Notes: generated from the letters alone by a model not told the origin. Numbered from the stretch's first letter, positions 37,210 to 46,530 are shown. The stretch is DNA of 64,000 nucleotides from Polyangiaceae bacterium (GCA_032229665.1 JAVTWR010000059.1:113191-177190); one strand, 5' to 3'. Program-made: numbers and translations.

Positions 37210-37971
37210 TCAGGGCTTCAGCGGTCGCGTTTCCCACGCAGAAAGCTGGGTCGACGCCTCGCGCGAGATGTCGCCGACGGGGCCGACCGCAGCGGACAGG
37301 ATTTCCATCGAGCGCGCGTCGATCCACCCGTTCCACGGGAGCAGGGCCTGGTTGAAGAATACGCCCAGCGCCGATGCGCCGGGGTCGAGAACCATGGGCG
37401 CCTTCAGAGGGTGAGCCGTGGCGAACGCGTCGAGGTCGGCCATGGTCGACGCCACGCCAGCCGACGTACCCTCGACGAGCACCGTGATCCACACCACGCC
37501 GTCGGCGCGAAGCGAATCGATGAGGGGCGTTGCCTGGGTCGCTGCACTGTTGCTGTACGTGTCCCAGCGACTGGCCGCCGTGAGATGAATGAGCTTCACC
37601 GGAGGTGAGAGCTTTTGCTGGGGATCGAAATAGTCGACCATCGATACGTTCGTGATCGCCCCTCGAGCTGCGCCATCTCTGTAGCCTGCAAAGGAGAAGT
37701 TCCTGATCCGCTGGCCGGCGGTGTTGCCCCGGCGCGCGGTGGTGCCGATATCCCCGGTGGGATAGGCAACGCCATAGGGGTTCACGTTGGGCAATGCGCC
37801 GCCATCACCCCCATCGGCCTCCGATTCGCTCGCGTCCACGTCGGCATCTGCGCCGGTGCCGGCATCCATAGGTGTGGCCGGGCCTGCAGTCGAGGTGGTG
37901 GTGCCACCTGCCGAGCACGCAGCGACGGTTGCGAGAACGAGGGCCGCACATGCGCGGTGAAGAGTGCCCAT
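37210..37971 (-). CDS. hypothetical lipoprotein (possibly thioredoxin-fold-like, no CxxC)
   Basis: MGTLHRACAALVLATVAAC lipobox, acidic linker, globular C-terminal domain. Confidence 0.6.
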   Translation of the reverse strand: MGTLHRACAALVLATVAACSAGGTTTSTAGPATPMDAGTGADADVDASESEADGGDGGALPNVNPYGVAYPTGDIGTTARRGNTAGQRIRNFSFAGYRDGAARGAITNVSMVDYFDPQQKLSPPVKLIHLTAASRWDTYSNSAATQATPLIDSLRADGVVWITVLVEGTSAGVASTMADLDAFATAHPLKAPMVLDPGASALGVFFNQALLPWNGWIDARSMEILSAAVGPVGDISREASTQLSAWETRPLKP

Positions 37972-38057
37972 GACGGCGGTGTAGCATCGACGCCTCGCCG
38001 TCGCGCTCCCCGGTTCGCGCCAGGAATAGACCGGGCGCCGTAGCCGTCGTTGTCGGC

Positions 38058-38384
38058 ATGAGCTTACGTGGTTGCCGTCTTCTTCCTCTCTCGTGTCGCG
38101 TCGAGCCCTTGCTCGCCGTGGTTTCGCTCGTCGCCGGATGCTGGCCGTATCAATGGGCGCGCGAGGTGCGGCGCATCCCCGGTGGTGGCGAGGTCGCGCT
38201 GCAGGACGAGACCAGCCCCGCGTCGCAGTCGGTGGCTCGCAGGCTCATGGCCGCGCGGTGCCCGAACGGGTACACCCTCGTGGAGGAGGGCGATGTGGTG
38301 GTCTCGACCCGTCGGAACGCAGAGTGGCACGTTCGCTATCTGTGCAACGACTCCGCGGCGCTGCGCTCGATGGCGGCGCCGTAG
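38058..38384 (+). CDS. small hypothetical lipoprotein (108 aa)
   Basis: LLAVVSLVAGC lipobox. GC3-rich codons throughout. Confidence 0.5.
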   Translation: MSLRGCRLLPLSCRVEPLLAVVSLVAGCWPYQWAREVRRIPGGGEVALQDETSPASQSVARRLMAARCPNGYTLVEEGDVVVSTRRNAEWHVRYLCNDSAALRSMAAP

Positions 38385-38550
38385 TGGCCCGGCGTCCGCG
38401 AGCGGATCGGCGGCGGACCAGGGATGCGTCACCGGTGCCGCGTCGCTTGGCGTTCACGTGAGATCGTGAACGCGGCTTGGCGTTGGCCCAGGAAAATCGG
38501 GGAATCGCTGTACTTCGCCCGCGGCGTCGGAGTTGCTCTTCGCTCCCGCC

Positions 38551-38997
38551 ATGAAGATCTCCACTCGTCTCGTTGCGTGCGCGCTTCCGGTCGCGCTCGG
38601 GTTGGTCGCTTGCTCCGCGGACTCCAGCGCAGCCAGCAGCGGCGGGCTCGGCTGCGTCGAGCCGGGCACCTTTCAAGAGACCTACACGCTGCGCCCCGGT
38701 AGCAATGCGCTGTGCGATCCGATCCAGGGAAAGAGCGCCAAGGAGTCGGCGAGCAACGCCGTCGCGCAGCCGGAGTGCAAGTCCAGTTGCACCTGCTCCG
38801 GTTCGCTCACCGGCTCCACCTGCGGCGGAACCTGGAAGGAGGTTTGCCCCAACGAAAAGGGCGAGCTCGTCTACACGGTGGACATCCAGCGCGCATCGTC
38901 GACGCACTTCACGGGCACGGTGTCGGTGACCAGCAAGGGCGGGCCCCTCGACTTCACCTGCAGCTACGACTGGACCTACGACCGCGTGGGGCCCTGA
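38551..38997 (+). CDS. cysteine-rich lipoprotein (148 aa)
   Basis: ATG at 38551. MKISTRLVACALPVALGLVAC lipobox. 8 further Cys. Confidence 0.6.
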   Translation: MKISTRLVACALPVALGLVACSADSSAASSGGLGCVEPGTFQETYTLRPGSNALCDPIQGKSAKESASNAVAQPECKSSCTCSGSLTGSTCGGTWKEVCPNEKGELVYTVDIQRASSTHFTGTVSVTSKGGPLDFTCSYDWTYDRVGP

Positions 38998-39018
38998 TGC
39001 AACGATGGACACCGTGGC

Positions 39019-40260
39019 TCACCGCAGCTTCATGAGCTCGCCGGCGGTGCACGCAGGATTCTGCGGCTGCGAATCGAACTGCCATGGGGCCCGGACGCCG
39101 TAGATCGTTCGGCCGCTCCCGACCACCATCGCTCCGGGGAAGAATGGCTCGAGTGGTCCACTCGGGTCGTTGGACATGTCCCAGGCGACCCCTCCGGTTC
39201 CGTTGTACGCGCGAAGAAGCCTGTCGCCGGAAACGTATACGGTGCTCCCTTTCGCAGCGAGGGCGTACGTTTTGCGAGGCGCGTTCGGCTCCGAGAACGT
39301 GCTCGGGATGGTGGCTTCGAACACGAGCGCGCCGCTCGCACTGCGGCGCTCCAGCGTCGCAACCGATCGATCCGGGCCAGCCTTTGCGGCGTGCACGAGC
39401 ACCAGACTGCCGTCGGCCAGGACGAGATTCTGCCCGTAGTAGGAGCGCGTGTTGTAGGTGTGCCCGCTGCGCCACTTCACCACGCCGCTGCCAGCGTCGA
39501 TGCCGACGAGCTCACCGACGTAGCTAGGTTCTGCGCCATAGTCCAAGGCGTAGAGGGTGCCCGTCGGCGAGCTGGCGCCCAGCGCCTGCATGCTCGTCGA
39601 GGTTCTCCAGAGCAAGGCTCCGGTCGCGTCGAGCTTGTCGAGGGAGTAGCCAGGTCCGCCCGAATGGCCCACGACGGCGTGCGCGCCGCCCGCGAGCTGG
39701 ACACCATCGACGCGCCCCGCGCGGCTCACGACCCGCGTGACGGGATCGAAGACGAAGCCGTCGCCCTCGCTCGGACCGAGCTCGATCCGCCCGTCGCTGC
39801 GGTCCCGCAGGACGGTAAAGGTGCCACTACTGTACGGGGCATAGGGGACAGGGCGCTCGAGATAGAGCACGCTCTTGAGCCCGGTGGTTCGGTCGAAGGC
39901 ATTCAGCGCACGATACGTGGGGCCGCCGGCAATCGCGTAGACCTCGGCTCCGCCAACCAGGATCGCGCCGATGGGGCCGTCGGCCTGCGTGCTCCATTTC
40001 AGGGTTCCACCGGGCGTGTAGGCGGTAAGCCATTCTCTTTGCCCGACGTAGACCGTCCCGTCTGCGCCGACTTTGAGCCGGCGTTCGGCGGCGCTCCAGT
40101 CGCATCTCTTGTCGGGCAAGGGCGCCTTCCAAGCGACGCTCGGCTTCTTCAGGTCGGATTCTACGCTTTCCTCCGTATTCTCGGCAGCCGCCCCGCAGCC
40201 GACCGCGCCGAAGCCCACGAGCAAGGCGCCGAGAACGTACCCACGAGCAACTGCGCGCAT
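39019..40260 (-). CDS. PQQ-like/BamB-like beta-propeller lipoprotein
   Basis: MRAVARGYVLGALLVGFGAVGC (start 40260; alternative 40320). Recurring GTLKWS, GALLWRT, GVVKWRS, GGVAWDM blade motifs. Confidence 0.7.
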   Translation of the reverse strand: MRAVARGYVLGALLVGFGAVGCGAAAENTEESVESDLKKPSVAWKAPLPDKRCDWSAAERRLKVGADGTVYVGQREWLTAYTPGGTLKWSTQADGPIGAILVGGAEVYAIAGGPTYRALNAFDRTTGLKSVLYLERPVPYAPYSSGTFTVLRDRSDGRIELGPSEGDGFVFDPVTRVVSRAGRVDGVQLAGGAHAVVGHSGGPGYSLDKLDATGALLWRTSTSMQALGASSPTGTLYALDYGAEPSYVGELVGIDAGSGVVKWRSGHTYNTRSYYGQNLVLADGSLVLVHAAKAGPDRSVATLERRSASGALVFEATIPSTFSEPNAPRKTYALAAKGSTVYVSGDRLLRAYNGTGGVAWDMSNDPSGPLEPFFPGAMVVGSGRTIYGVRAPWQFDSQPQNPACTAGELMKLR

Positions 40261-40662
40261 CGGTTTCGTCTCCAAAAGTCGTCGAAAGAGAGTTGTTGCA
40301 CGGTGAACGTGGAGCGGCATGAAAGGTTCCTCTGTTGGAAGAGCTGAGACGGGCTCGCGCTCGGCGCATCTAGGGGGCGGTCGAGAACATCTCGGTTCGC
40401 CCGCCACGGATTGCAAGCCGCGTACCCGTTCGGTTCGGCGCTCGACGGCGGCTGTGGGGGCGGAAGGAGGCCCCAACGCGAAGCGAAGGAGCTCGAATCT
40501 CCTCAGTTCGTGCGCCACGCGCGAGGCGCATGACGACATGCGATCAGAAGGATCCGAGGCGCGCCCGCGGATCGAGCGCGGAAGAATGGCCAGGAGGCGA
40601 GGCGCCCCCGATTGCGTTGGTCCCGGTGGGCGGCCGTCCGGCGAAACGCGACATGTGCGCCG

Positions 40663-41433
40663 TCAGCGCGGCACCAGCTGATCGCCGCTGCAGCTCCAGG
40701 TGCCGTCGCCTCCCTGACCCTGGACACCGCGGCCGTGGCATTCGAACTGCTTGCGATAGTTGTCGTCGTACACGGAGCGGGCGCCCTTGTCGGCCACCAC
40801 CGAGAAGCGCACCGAGAAGGGGGCGTTCACCGCCGTGCGAATGGGCGCGAGAATCCGCCAATGGGGCTCGCCGCGGTTCGTCTCGGCGTACTGCGTCGAG
40901 GTATTCCCGTTTTGCGTGTACACCGCGCGCACATTCCCCACACCCGACCGGGCCACCACGTCGATATCCAACGCGTCGCCGCGACCCAGGTACTCCACCA
41001 CGGTCACGCCGGCGACTACTAAGTCCACGCCCGGCCCGACGTCACTCGGTCCATAGTTGCGGCGATCGTTGTTGTCCCAGAACGTTCGGTCGCCCTCGGT
41101 GTAGCGAATGGCAAGCTCGTCGGTTCGCAGACCTGCGACGGACCACAGCTCGTGGCCGTTCTTCACGGAGAGCACCTTGGCTGCAGCGTCTGCCCAACGG
41201 TTGTCGACGCCTTTGTAGTGCACCACCACCTCGCGGCGCACCGGCGCTGCTGGCGTCTTCACATCGATGACGGCGGTGGTGCCTCCCTCCGCCCGCTGGG
41301 TGTAGCGGAGCGCGACCGGCTTGGCGCTGGTGAGCGCGTCCTCTCCAACCTCTTCCGATGCGGCGTCGGTGGGTGCAGTGCACGCTGCCGAGAGGAAAAG
41401 AGCAGCGAGAAGGGGAGAGAGGAACGGTTTCAT
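40663..41433 (-). CDS. lipoprotein with two CBM21-like (starch/glycogen-binding module) domains
   Basis: MKPFLSPLLAALFLSAAC lipobox. ELAIRYTEGDRTFWDNNDRRNYG and FSVRFSVVADKGARSVYDDNYRKQFE resemble the CBM21 signature ..Y...g..yWDNN.g.NY (recalled). Confidence 0.55.
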   Translation of the reverse strand: MKPFLSPLLAALFLSAACTAPTDAASEEVGEDALTSAKPVALRYTQRAEGGTTAVIDVKTPAAPVRREVVVHYKGVDNRWADAAAKVLSVKNGHELWSVAGLRTDELAIRYTEGDRTFWDNNDRRNYGPSDVGPGVDLVVAGVTVVEYLGRGDALDIDVVARSGVGNVRAVYTQNGNTSTQYAETNRGEPHWRILAPIRTAVNAPFSVRFSVVADKGARSVYDDNYRKQFECHGRGVQGQGGDGTWSCSGDQLVPR

Positions 41434-41542
41434 ATGTGAGCTCCGAAACAAGGTGTTGACGTAAAGGGGGGGGCAGGGCCCGCGCGGGCCGGTGACTGCG
41501 GATTCGTTCTTCTTCGATGTTCATCCAAGAGCCAGGCGCCGG

Positions 41543-43432
41543 CTACTCGTCGCAATGCGCCTTGCTGCGGTCTTCGTGGTGCTCGATGCAGACCGCGCAG
41601 GTGTCCTGACTGCGAATCTTGCCGCCGGCGCACTGGTACGAGGTGGCTTTCCGGCTCGCGGTGTCGGGCGCGCAGTAGAAGCCGTCGGTCTTGCCCTCGC
41701 ACGAGACCGCGCCGTCGCAGCTCACGTCGTAGCGCTTCTTCGCGTCTTCCAGACTCACCACTTTCACGGCGGTCCACGCGCAGGCCACTGGTTGGAAGGG
41801 GATCTTCAGCGCTTTCGCCTGCTCGATCTGGCACTGCGCGAGGCTCTTGAAGCTGACGCCGGCGCGGTAGCACTTCTTCACGGTCGCGAAGTAGAGGTCT
41901 TCGGCTTGTTTCGTGGAGATGGGGTCGGTGATGGCGACCTTGGGCGACGTGTGCTCGCCGCCATAGGTGTACAGATAGAACGCGTGCCCGACGATGGCGC
42001 CGGGGATATGCGGGTCGGTGGACTTGGCCGCGGCATCGTCCACGTCCATGGGGCAGGGGCCGTTGAACGCCTTGTCGCAGAGCGTCGGGTCCTTCAGGTT
42101 GCGCGCCCCGCCGACGATGGCGGCCTCGCCGATAGTCGAGGGATCGCCACCCCCGTTGGCTGCCTCGAAGAGCGAGCCGAAGACGTCGGCCAATCCCTCT
42201 TCGATGGCCTTCGACTCGGCGTCGGTTTGCGGTTTCTTGCCGAGGATTCCCATCTGGATCAGGTGGGCGAATTCGTGCCCCACGACGTCCGGCGCGGTGG
42301 CCAGAGTCTTGTACGACTTTGTCGGCACGCCGTCGGTGAAGAGCATGATGGCCCGGCCATCGCCGAGATATCCGCCCAATGCGTTGTACTCGGCGCCGGG
42401 CCCGTGCACGATGACGTCGAAAGCGCCGCCTGCGTCGTCGTAGGAGCGCTGTTGAAAACGGGTCGACCAGTAGCTCATGGCGGCGATGGCGTAGCCGTAC
42501 GCGTCGACCGCCTGCCCCTTGCGTTCGGGCGCCGCGGAGGAGAGCCACTCGCTCGGGCTGGTGCTCGACACCACCGGCGCCGTGTCGAGCTTGCCGCCAC
42601 TCAGGTCGAGGGTGCGCAGCTTGCCCGGATACGTGCCCTCGGGGGACTGCAGCTCGTAGGTCGAGCCCTTCTGGGTCACCGCGAAGGAATGCTCGTGCCC
42701 CGAAGCGCCGGTGCCGGAACCGTCTACCGCGGCGAGTGACGCCTCGACCCGAAGGACCTCGAGGGTGGCGGCGTCGACGAAGTAGGTTTTGGCGGCAATG
42801 CCGCTCCCCACCATCACGCGAAAGACCAGACGAGCTTCTTTTGCCGCGCGCGCCGGGTGCGGCAAGAAGACCAACTGCGCCGGTGTGGTGGGCACCGCCT
42901 GACCAGCGGCGGTCGCTGCGGCAGCCCGGGCCTCCGCCTCCGTGTGGGCCGGGGTCGTCGCGCCGGCGGCTCGGTACCCGTGGCCTTCGATGAACGCCAC
43001 GGTGCCGCTCGGGCCCAGGTGCACCGCGAGCGAGCTCCCTTGCACCTCGGTATCCGCAATGCGCTGGAGCATGCTCACCAGCTTGCTTCCATTGGCGTCG
43101 CGTTCGTCGCGCGCCACCACCAGCTCGCCCGGCTCGACGCCGAAGACTTGCGGATACTTGCCGACGAAGGTCATGGACTCCGCGCCCGACGTTCCCACCG
43201 TCAACGACTTCAGCGGCTTCGCGAAGAGCGCGAGGCCCGTGGCCGCGTCGACGTCCACCGCCCAGGGGACCCCGGTTGCCTCCTGCAGTGCCTGCTCGAG
43301 CGCGTTGGGCTCGGCGGGCGGAGCCTCGGCCGATTCACCTCCCGCGACGAAGGGCGCGGGATCGGCGCCCCCCCCGCACGCGCCGAGAAGGACCGACCCG
43401 ATCAGAACGCCCACGCTGCAAGCTCGTCGCAT
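41543..43432 (-). CDS. M4 (thermolysin-like) zinc metalloprotease lipoprotein with a Cys-rich C-terminal extension
   Basis: Lipobox VLIGSVLLGAC. VVGHEFAHLIQ (HExxH), EGLADVFG (third Zn ligand), HIPGAIVGHAFY. C-terminal CDGAVSCEGKTDGFYCAPD...CAVC. Confidence 0.85.
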   Translation of the reverse strand: MRRACSVGVLIGSVLLGACGGGADPAPFVAGGESAEAPPAEPNALEQALQEATGVPWAVDVDAATGLALFAKPLKSLTVGTSGAESMTFVGKYPQVFGVEPGELVVARDERDANGSKLVSMLQRIADTEVQGSSLAVHLGPSGTVAFIEGHGYRAAGATTPAHTEAEARAAAATAAGQAVPTTPAQLVFLPHPARAAKEARLVFRVMVGSGIAAKTYFVDAATLEVLRVEASLAAVDGSGTGASGHEHSFAVTQKGSTYELQSPEGTYPGKLRTLDLSGGKLDTAPVVSSTSPSEWLSSAAPERKGQAVDAYGYAIAAMSYWSTRFQQRSYDDAGGAFDVIVHGPGAEYNALGGYLGDGRAIMLFTDGVPTKSYKTLATAPDVVGHEFAHLIQMGILGKKPQTDAESKAIEEGLADVFGSLFEAANGGGDPSTIGEAAIVGGARNLKDPTLCDKAFNGPCPMDVDDAAAKSTDPHIPGAIVGHAFYLYTYGGEHTSPKVAITDPISTKQAEDLYFATVKKCYRAGVSFKSLAQCQIEQAKALKIPFQPVACAWTAVKVVSLEDAKKRYDVSCDGAVSCEGKTDGFYCAPDTASRKATSYQCAGGKIRSQDTCAVCIEHHEDRSKAHCDE

Positions 43433-43763
43433 GCGAGTCGTACGAGCACGAAGCGTTCCAGCGATCTCGCGTAGGAGGCCACCGTGCGCGACGACACGCC
43501 CCAGCGGAATCGGTCGTGGTTCGTGGTGCGATCACGGCGATCGCGGGGCGAAGCTCCGTGCAAATCATGGTCCGACGCTTCCCCCCTGGCACTCCGATGG
43601 CCCCGCCGACCTGCCCCAGTGCACGTGAGCGATCCCAGGTCGCGCCAGAGCCAGCGCCGATGCGGAGCGTGACGTGCGCTCCGTAGTCGTGGGTGGCGGC
43701 TCGATAGCGTCCGCCGCCGTCGAAGAGTTAGTAAACCTCCGAACCCCGAACCACAGGCCCAAC

Positions 43764-44741
43764 ATGCGCGACCCCATCCAGAAGCTTCTCGACCTCGGCC
43801 GCTGCCTCGGTCTCCTCGTTTCTCTCGGAGCGGCGCCCCTCTTCGGTTGCGCGAGCGCATCCGAAGACGTGGAAGACGAAGCGCAGGACCTCACCCGGCA
43901 ACAGTGCTCCGCGCTCCGCCTGCCCAACGGTTCGGTCTCGGCGTCGGCGCTCGGTCGCCCCTTCGACGGCAGCGAGGACTTCGCGCTCGATGGCCGCGGC
44001 AACATGATTGGCAAACGGGGCAACGATATCGTCGCTGCGAACGCCGCCGGGCAGCTGAAGCCCGGCACCGTCGCATCGTTGGCCGGTGCGACCTTCGGAT
44101 TGCGATTTCATCCGAACGGCTCTCTGATCGGCGCCATGGTGAACGAGGGAAAGATCGTGTCCGTGGCTCCGAATCGCTCGGTCACCGTCTTGCGCTCGGG
44201 GCTCAACGGGCCGAACGGCGTCTACGTCGACCGCTCCGGGAACGTATGGTTCACCGAGGGGGGAGCCAACCGCGTATCGCGTCTTGCGCCCAACGGCGAC
44301 CTCCGGGTCTACGCATCCGGTGGCAATGCCCAGGGGGCAAACGGCATCGTCGTCGACGAGGTCGCAAAGCGCTTGTACTACACCGAGTACGACAAGGGCC
44401 GTATCATGCGGGTCGATCTCACCGCGCCCAATCCGGTCCCGGTCGAGGTGTGGATCATTCGCGGCGCGAAGCTCGATGGGCTCGCGCTCGACGGTTGCGG
44501 CAATCTCTATGTTATCGACTTGCCCAACCAGAAGCTCTTCCGCCTCCGCACCAACGCGAAGGGCGAAGGCCTCGACCTGAAGCAGCTCGCGACCTTCCCC
44601 ACCCAGGTCTCGAACATCCAGTTCGGCGCGGGTGCGGGCTTCGACCCCAAGTCCATCTACGTCGTGGGCTACGGCGGCTCGGTCTTCCCGGTGCCGGTGG
44701 GCATATCCGGTGCCCGCGTTCCCACGCCCCCGGCGCCCTGA
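43764..44741 (+). CDS. SMP-30/gluconolactonase/LRE-like six-bladed beta-propeller lipoprotein
   Basis: ATG at 43764. LGAAPLFGC lipobox. GPNGVYVDRSGNVWFTE, ANGIVVDEVAKRLYYTE, DGLALDGCGNLYVID repeats. Confidence 0.75.
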   Translation: MRDPIQKLLDLGRCLGLLVSLGAAPLFGCASASEDVEDEAQDLTRQQCSALRLPNGSVSASALGRPFDGSEDFALDGRGNMIGKRGNDIVAANAAGQLKPGTVASLAGATFGLRFHPNGSLIGAMVNEGKIVSVAPNRSVTVLRSGLNGPNGVYVDRSGNVWFTEGGANRVSRLAPNGDLRVYASGGNAQGANGIVVDEVAKRLYYTEYDKGRIMRVDLTAPNPVPVEVWIIRGAKLDGLALDGCGNLYVIDLPNQKLFRLRTNAKGEGLDLKQLATFPTQVSNIQFGAGAGFDPKSIYVVGYGGSVFPVPVGISGARVPTPPAP

Positions 44742-44752
44742 ACCGCTTGGTG

Positions 44753-44787
44753 CGCCGTCCGCGTCCTTCCCCGAGGCGCGGACGGCG
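44753..44787. terminator. 11-bp GC-rich hairpin between convergent genes (bidirectional terminator candidate)
   Basis: cgccgtccgcg (44753-44763) pairs with cgcggacggcg (44777-44787), 13-nt loop. Located between stops at 44741 (+) and 44800 (-). No clear U tract. Confidence 0.5.
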
Positions 44788-44799
44788 TGCGCGCGAATC

Positions 44800-45153
44800 T
44801 CAGTAGCAGTAGCAGGTCGCGGTTGGTGGCCTTCCTGGATTGTACGCGTTGAGGGTGAGCTCGCCGACGGAACGATTGCAGGTAGTGGTGCACCACGTCG
44901 TGCACTGTTGAGCGGTGGGGGGTGCTTTGCCGAACTTTCTGGTGCCGTAATACCAATACATGAATCCGTCGCCGCGCGATTCGCAGTCCGCGTATTGCAC
45001 GACCGCGGTCGGCTGCATCTCCGAGGTTCCGTCCGACGCCAGCCCATCGATCGGTGCGGTTGCCTCTTCCTCGGAGGAGCTGGATGAGGCGCACGCGCTC
45101 GAGAGTAGTACGACGATACCTGCCAACAAAATAGAGCTCTTTGTCCGAATCAT
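44800..45153 (-). CDS. small 6-Cys lipoprotein, family shared with 52344..52703
   Basis: MIRTKSSILLAGIVVLLSSAC lipobox. The mature C-terminal ~70 aa, AVVQYADCESRGDGFMYWYYG...CTTWCTTTC...AYNPGRPPTATCYCY, aligns with the 52344 gene. Confidence 0.65.
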   Translation of the reverse strand: MIRTKSSILLAGIVVLLSSACASSSSSEEEATAPIDGLASDGTSEMQPTAVVQYADCESRGDGFMYWYYGTRKFGKAPPTAQQCTTWCTTTCNRSVGELTLNAYNPGRPPTATCYCY

Positions 45154-45198
45154 TTTACTTGTCTATGTGGGGATGTTGCTGTGCGGTTCTCGAGGTGC

Positions 45199-46530
45199 TC
45201 AGAAGGAGGCTGTGGCGGGCCACACGCACTTGCCGGCATTGCAGGTGCCACCCTTGAAGAGGCTCGAGCACTCGGCGTTCGTGGTGCAACCCGGGTTGCA
45301 CGAAAGCGGGACCTCGGGGTATCCGTCGCGGAAGATGGGCGGTTGTGCGCAGAAGAGGCCGACCGTCGCGCAGTCGTTCTTGAACAGCTTCGGGGAGCCC
45401 TCGTTCGAGTCACCGCACCGGACGATGGTCTCGCCGACGCAATCGCCTCGCGAGGAGACCAGACCGCACGCCGCGCGTGAGGCAATGAAGTGCCGGGCGT
45501 CGACACCGATGGCAGCCGCCGAGAGGGGCATGAGGAACGGGTTGAACGGTTTCGGGCGGGGGCCAAGATACCGCCACTTCGCGGCCACCGCGAGCACCGT
45601 CAGCTTCCCGTTCACCCGTCCGAGAATCGGCGCGCCCGTGTCAGCGCCCGTCGCGCTGGCATCGCACGGTTTGCCGCCGAGAACGGCGTCGGCGTCGGTC
45701 AGCGGCTTGTTCCACTCCGCGAGCTGCTCCGCCTTGTAGGCCGGATCCTTGGCCAGGTTCGGGTCGCCATCGTACTTGGCGGCGTCGGCCAGGTAGGCCT
45801 CGAACGTCGGGTACTGCACCGCCCAGTAGTGGCCTCCCTCCCGCGCCTGGAGCGTCATCGAGCCGATTCGTCGCTCGCCGGCCTTCGCGGGCGGCAGAAC
45901 GGACGCGTCCTGCGTCGGGTCGAGCATGGGGCGGTCGGACTGGTCACCGAAGCCGACCAGGGCGAAGGTCTTGTTCAGGTCGGACGCCTTGAACTGGCCA
46001 ATCGGTAGCGGCGTGACGTTGGTGACAGGCTTGCTCAGAATGCCGATCGCCAGCGCGCCTCCGCTGTCCGACGCCGCGAGAGGCTGCCCCTCCAGCGCAT
46101 ACATGTTCGTCCAGCCGCTGATCTCGATGCTCGCGGTAGGCGCCATGCTGTTCGCTCCAAGACGGAACGTGTGCTTCTTGCCCTTGACGGAGCTGGGGCC
46201 GTCGATGCCCAGGAAGCAGTTGGGGTTCGTGAGGATCCGGTCTGGGGCGATGAGTGTCGCCGTGCAGAAGAGCTTGGGCGCGCCGGTCTTCGCATCCGGT
46301 CCGTAGATCGTTCCGATCGCGTCGAAGATGTGCGCGTTCGCGGGGGCGCCGCCAATCAACGCGTCGAGCGACGTGTCGCTGCTCTCCTCCTCGACCGGAG
46401 TCGTGCCGCACGCAGTCGCGCCCAGCATCGTAACGAGCGTCGCAACCGAGAGCCGCGAGAGGGGGGATAGCTTGCGGAGTGTGCCACCCATGGTGGTGGC
46501 GATAGTCATCTTCGAGTAAATCGTGTTCAT
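45199..46530 (-). CDS. trypsin-fold (S1-like) lipoprotein with a substituted catalytic triad and a Cys-rich C-terminal domain
   Basis: LIGGAPAN...LFCTATLIAPDRILTNPNCF (TAAHC becomes TNPNC), GGALAIGILSKPV (no Asp102 equivalent), CDASATGADTGAPILG (GDSGGP becomes ADTGAP). Signal ...LVTMLGATAC. Start at 46530 (alternatives 46509, 46491). Confidence 0.7.
   Translation of the reverse strand: MNTIYSKMTIATTMGGTLRKLSPLSRLSVATLVTMLGATACGTTPVEEESSDTSLDALIGGAPANAHIFDAIGTIYGPDAKTGAPKLFCTATLIAPDRILTNPNCFLGIDGPSSVKGKKHTFRLGANSMAPTASIEISGWTNMYALEGQPLAASDSGGALAIGILSKPVTNVTPLPIGQFKASDLNKTFALVGFGDQSDRPMLDPTQDASVLPPAKAGERRIGSMTLQAREGGHYWAVQYPTFEAYLADAAKYDGDPNLAKDPAYKAEQLAEWNKPLTDADAVLGGKPCDASATGADTGAPILGRVNGKLTVLAVAAKWRYLGPRPKPFNPFLMPLSAAAIGVDARHFIASRAACGLVSSRGDCVGETIVRCGDSNEGSPKLFKNDCATVGLFCAQPPIFRDGYPEVPLSCNPGCTTNAECSSLFKGGTCNAGKCVWPATASF

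Noticed and set aside
41452-41542. GGCCCGCGCGGGCC palindrome as terminator of the M4 protease gene
   Set aside because: The stem is only 6 bp with a 2-nt loop, which is sterically poor, and no U tract follows on the minus strand. I kept it as an unannotated observation only.
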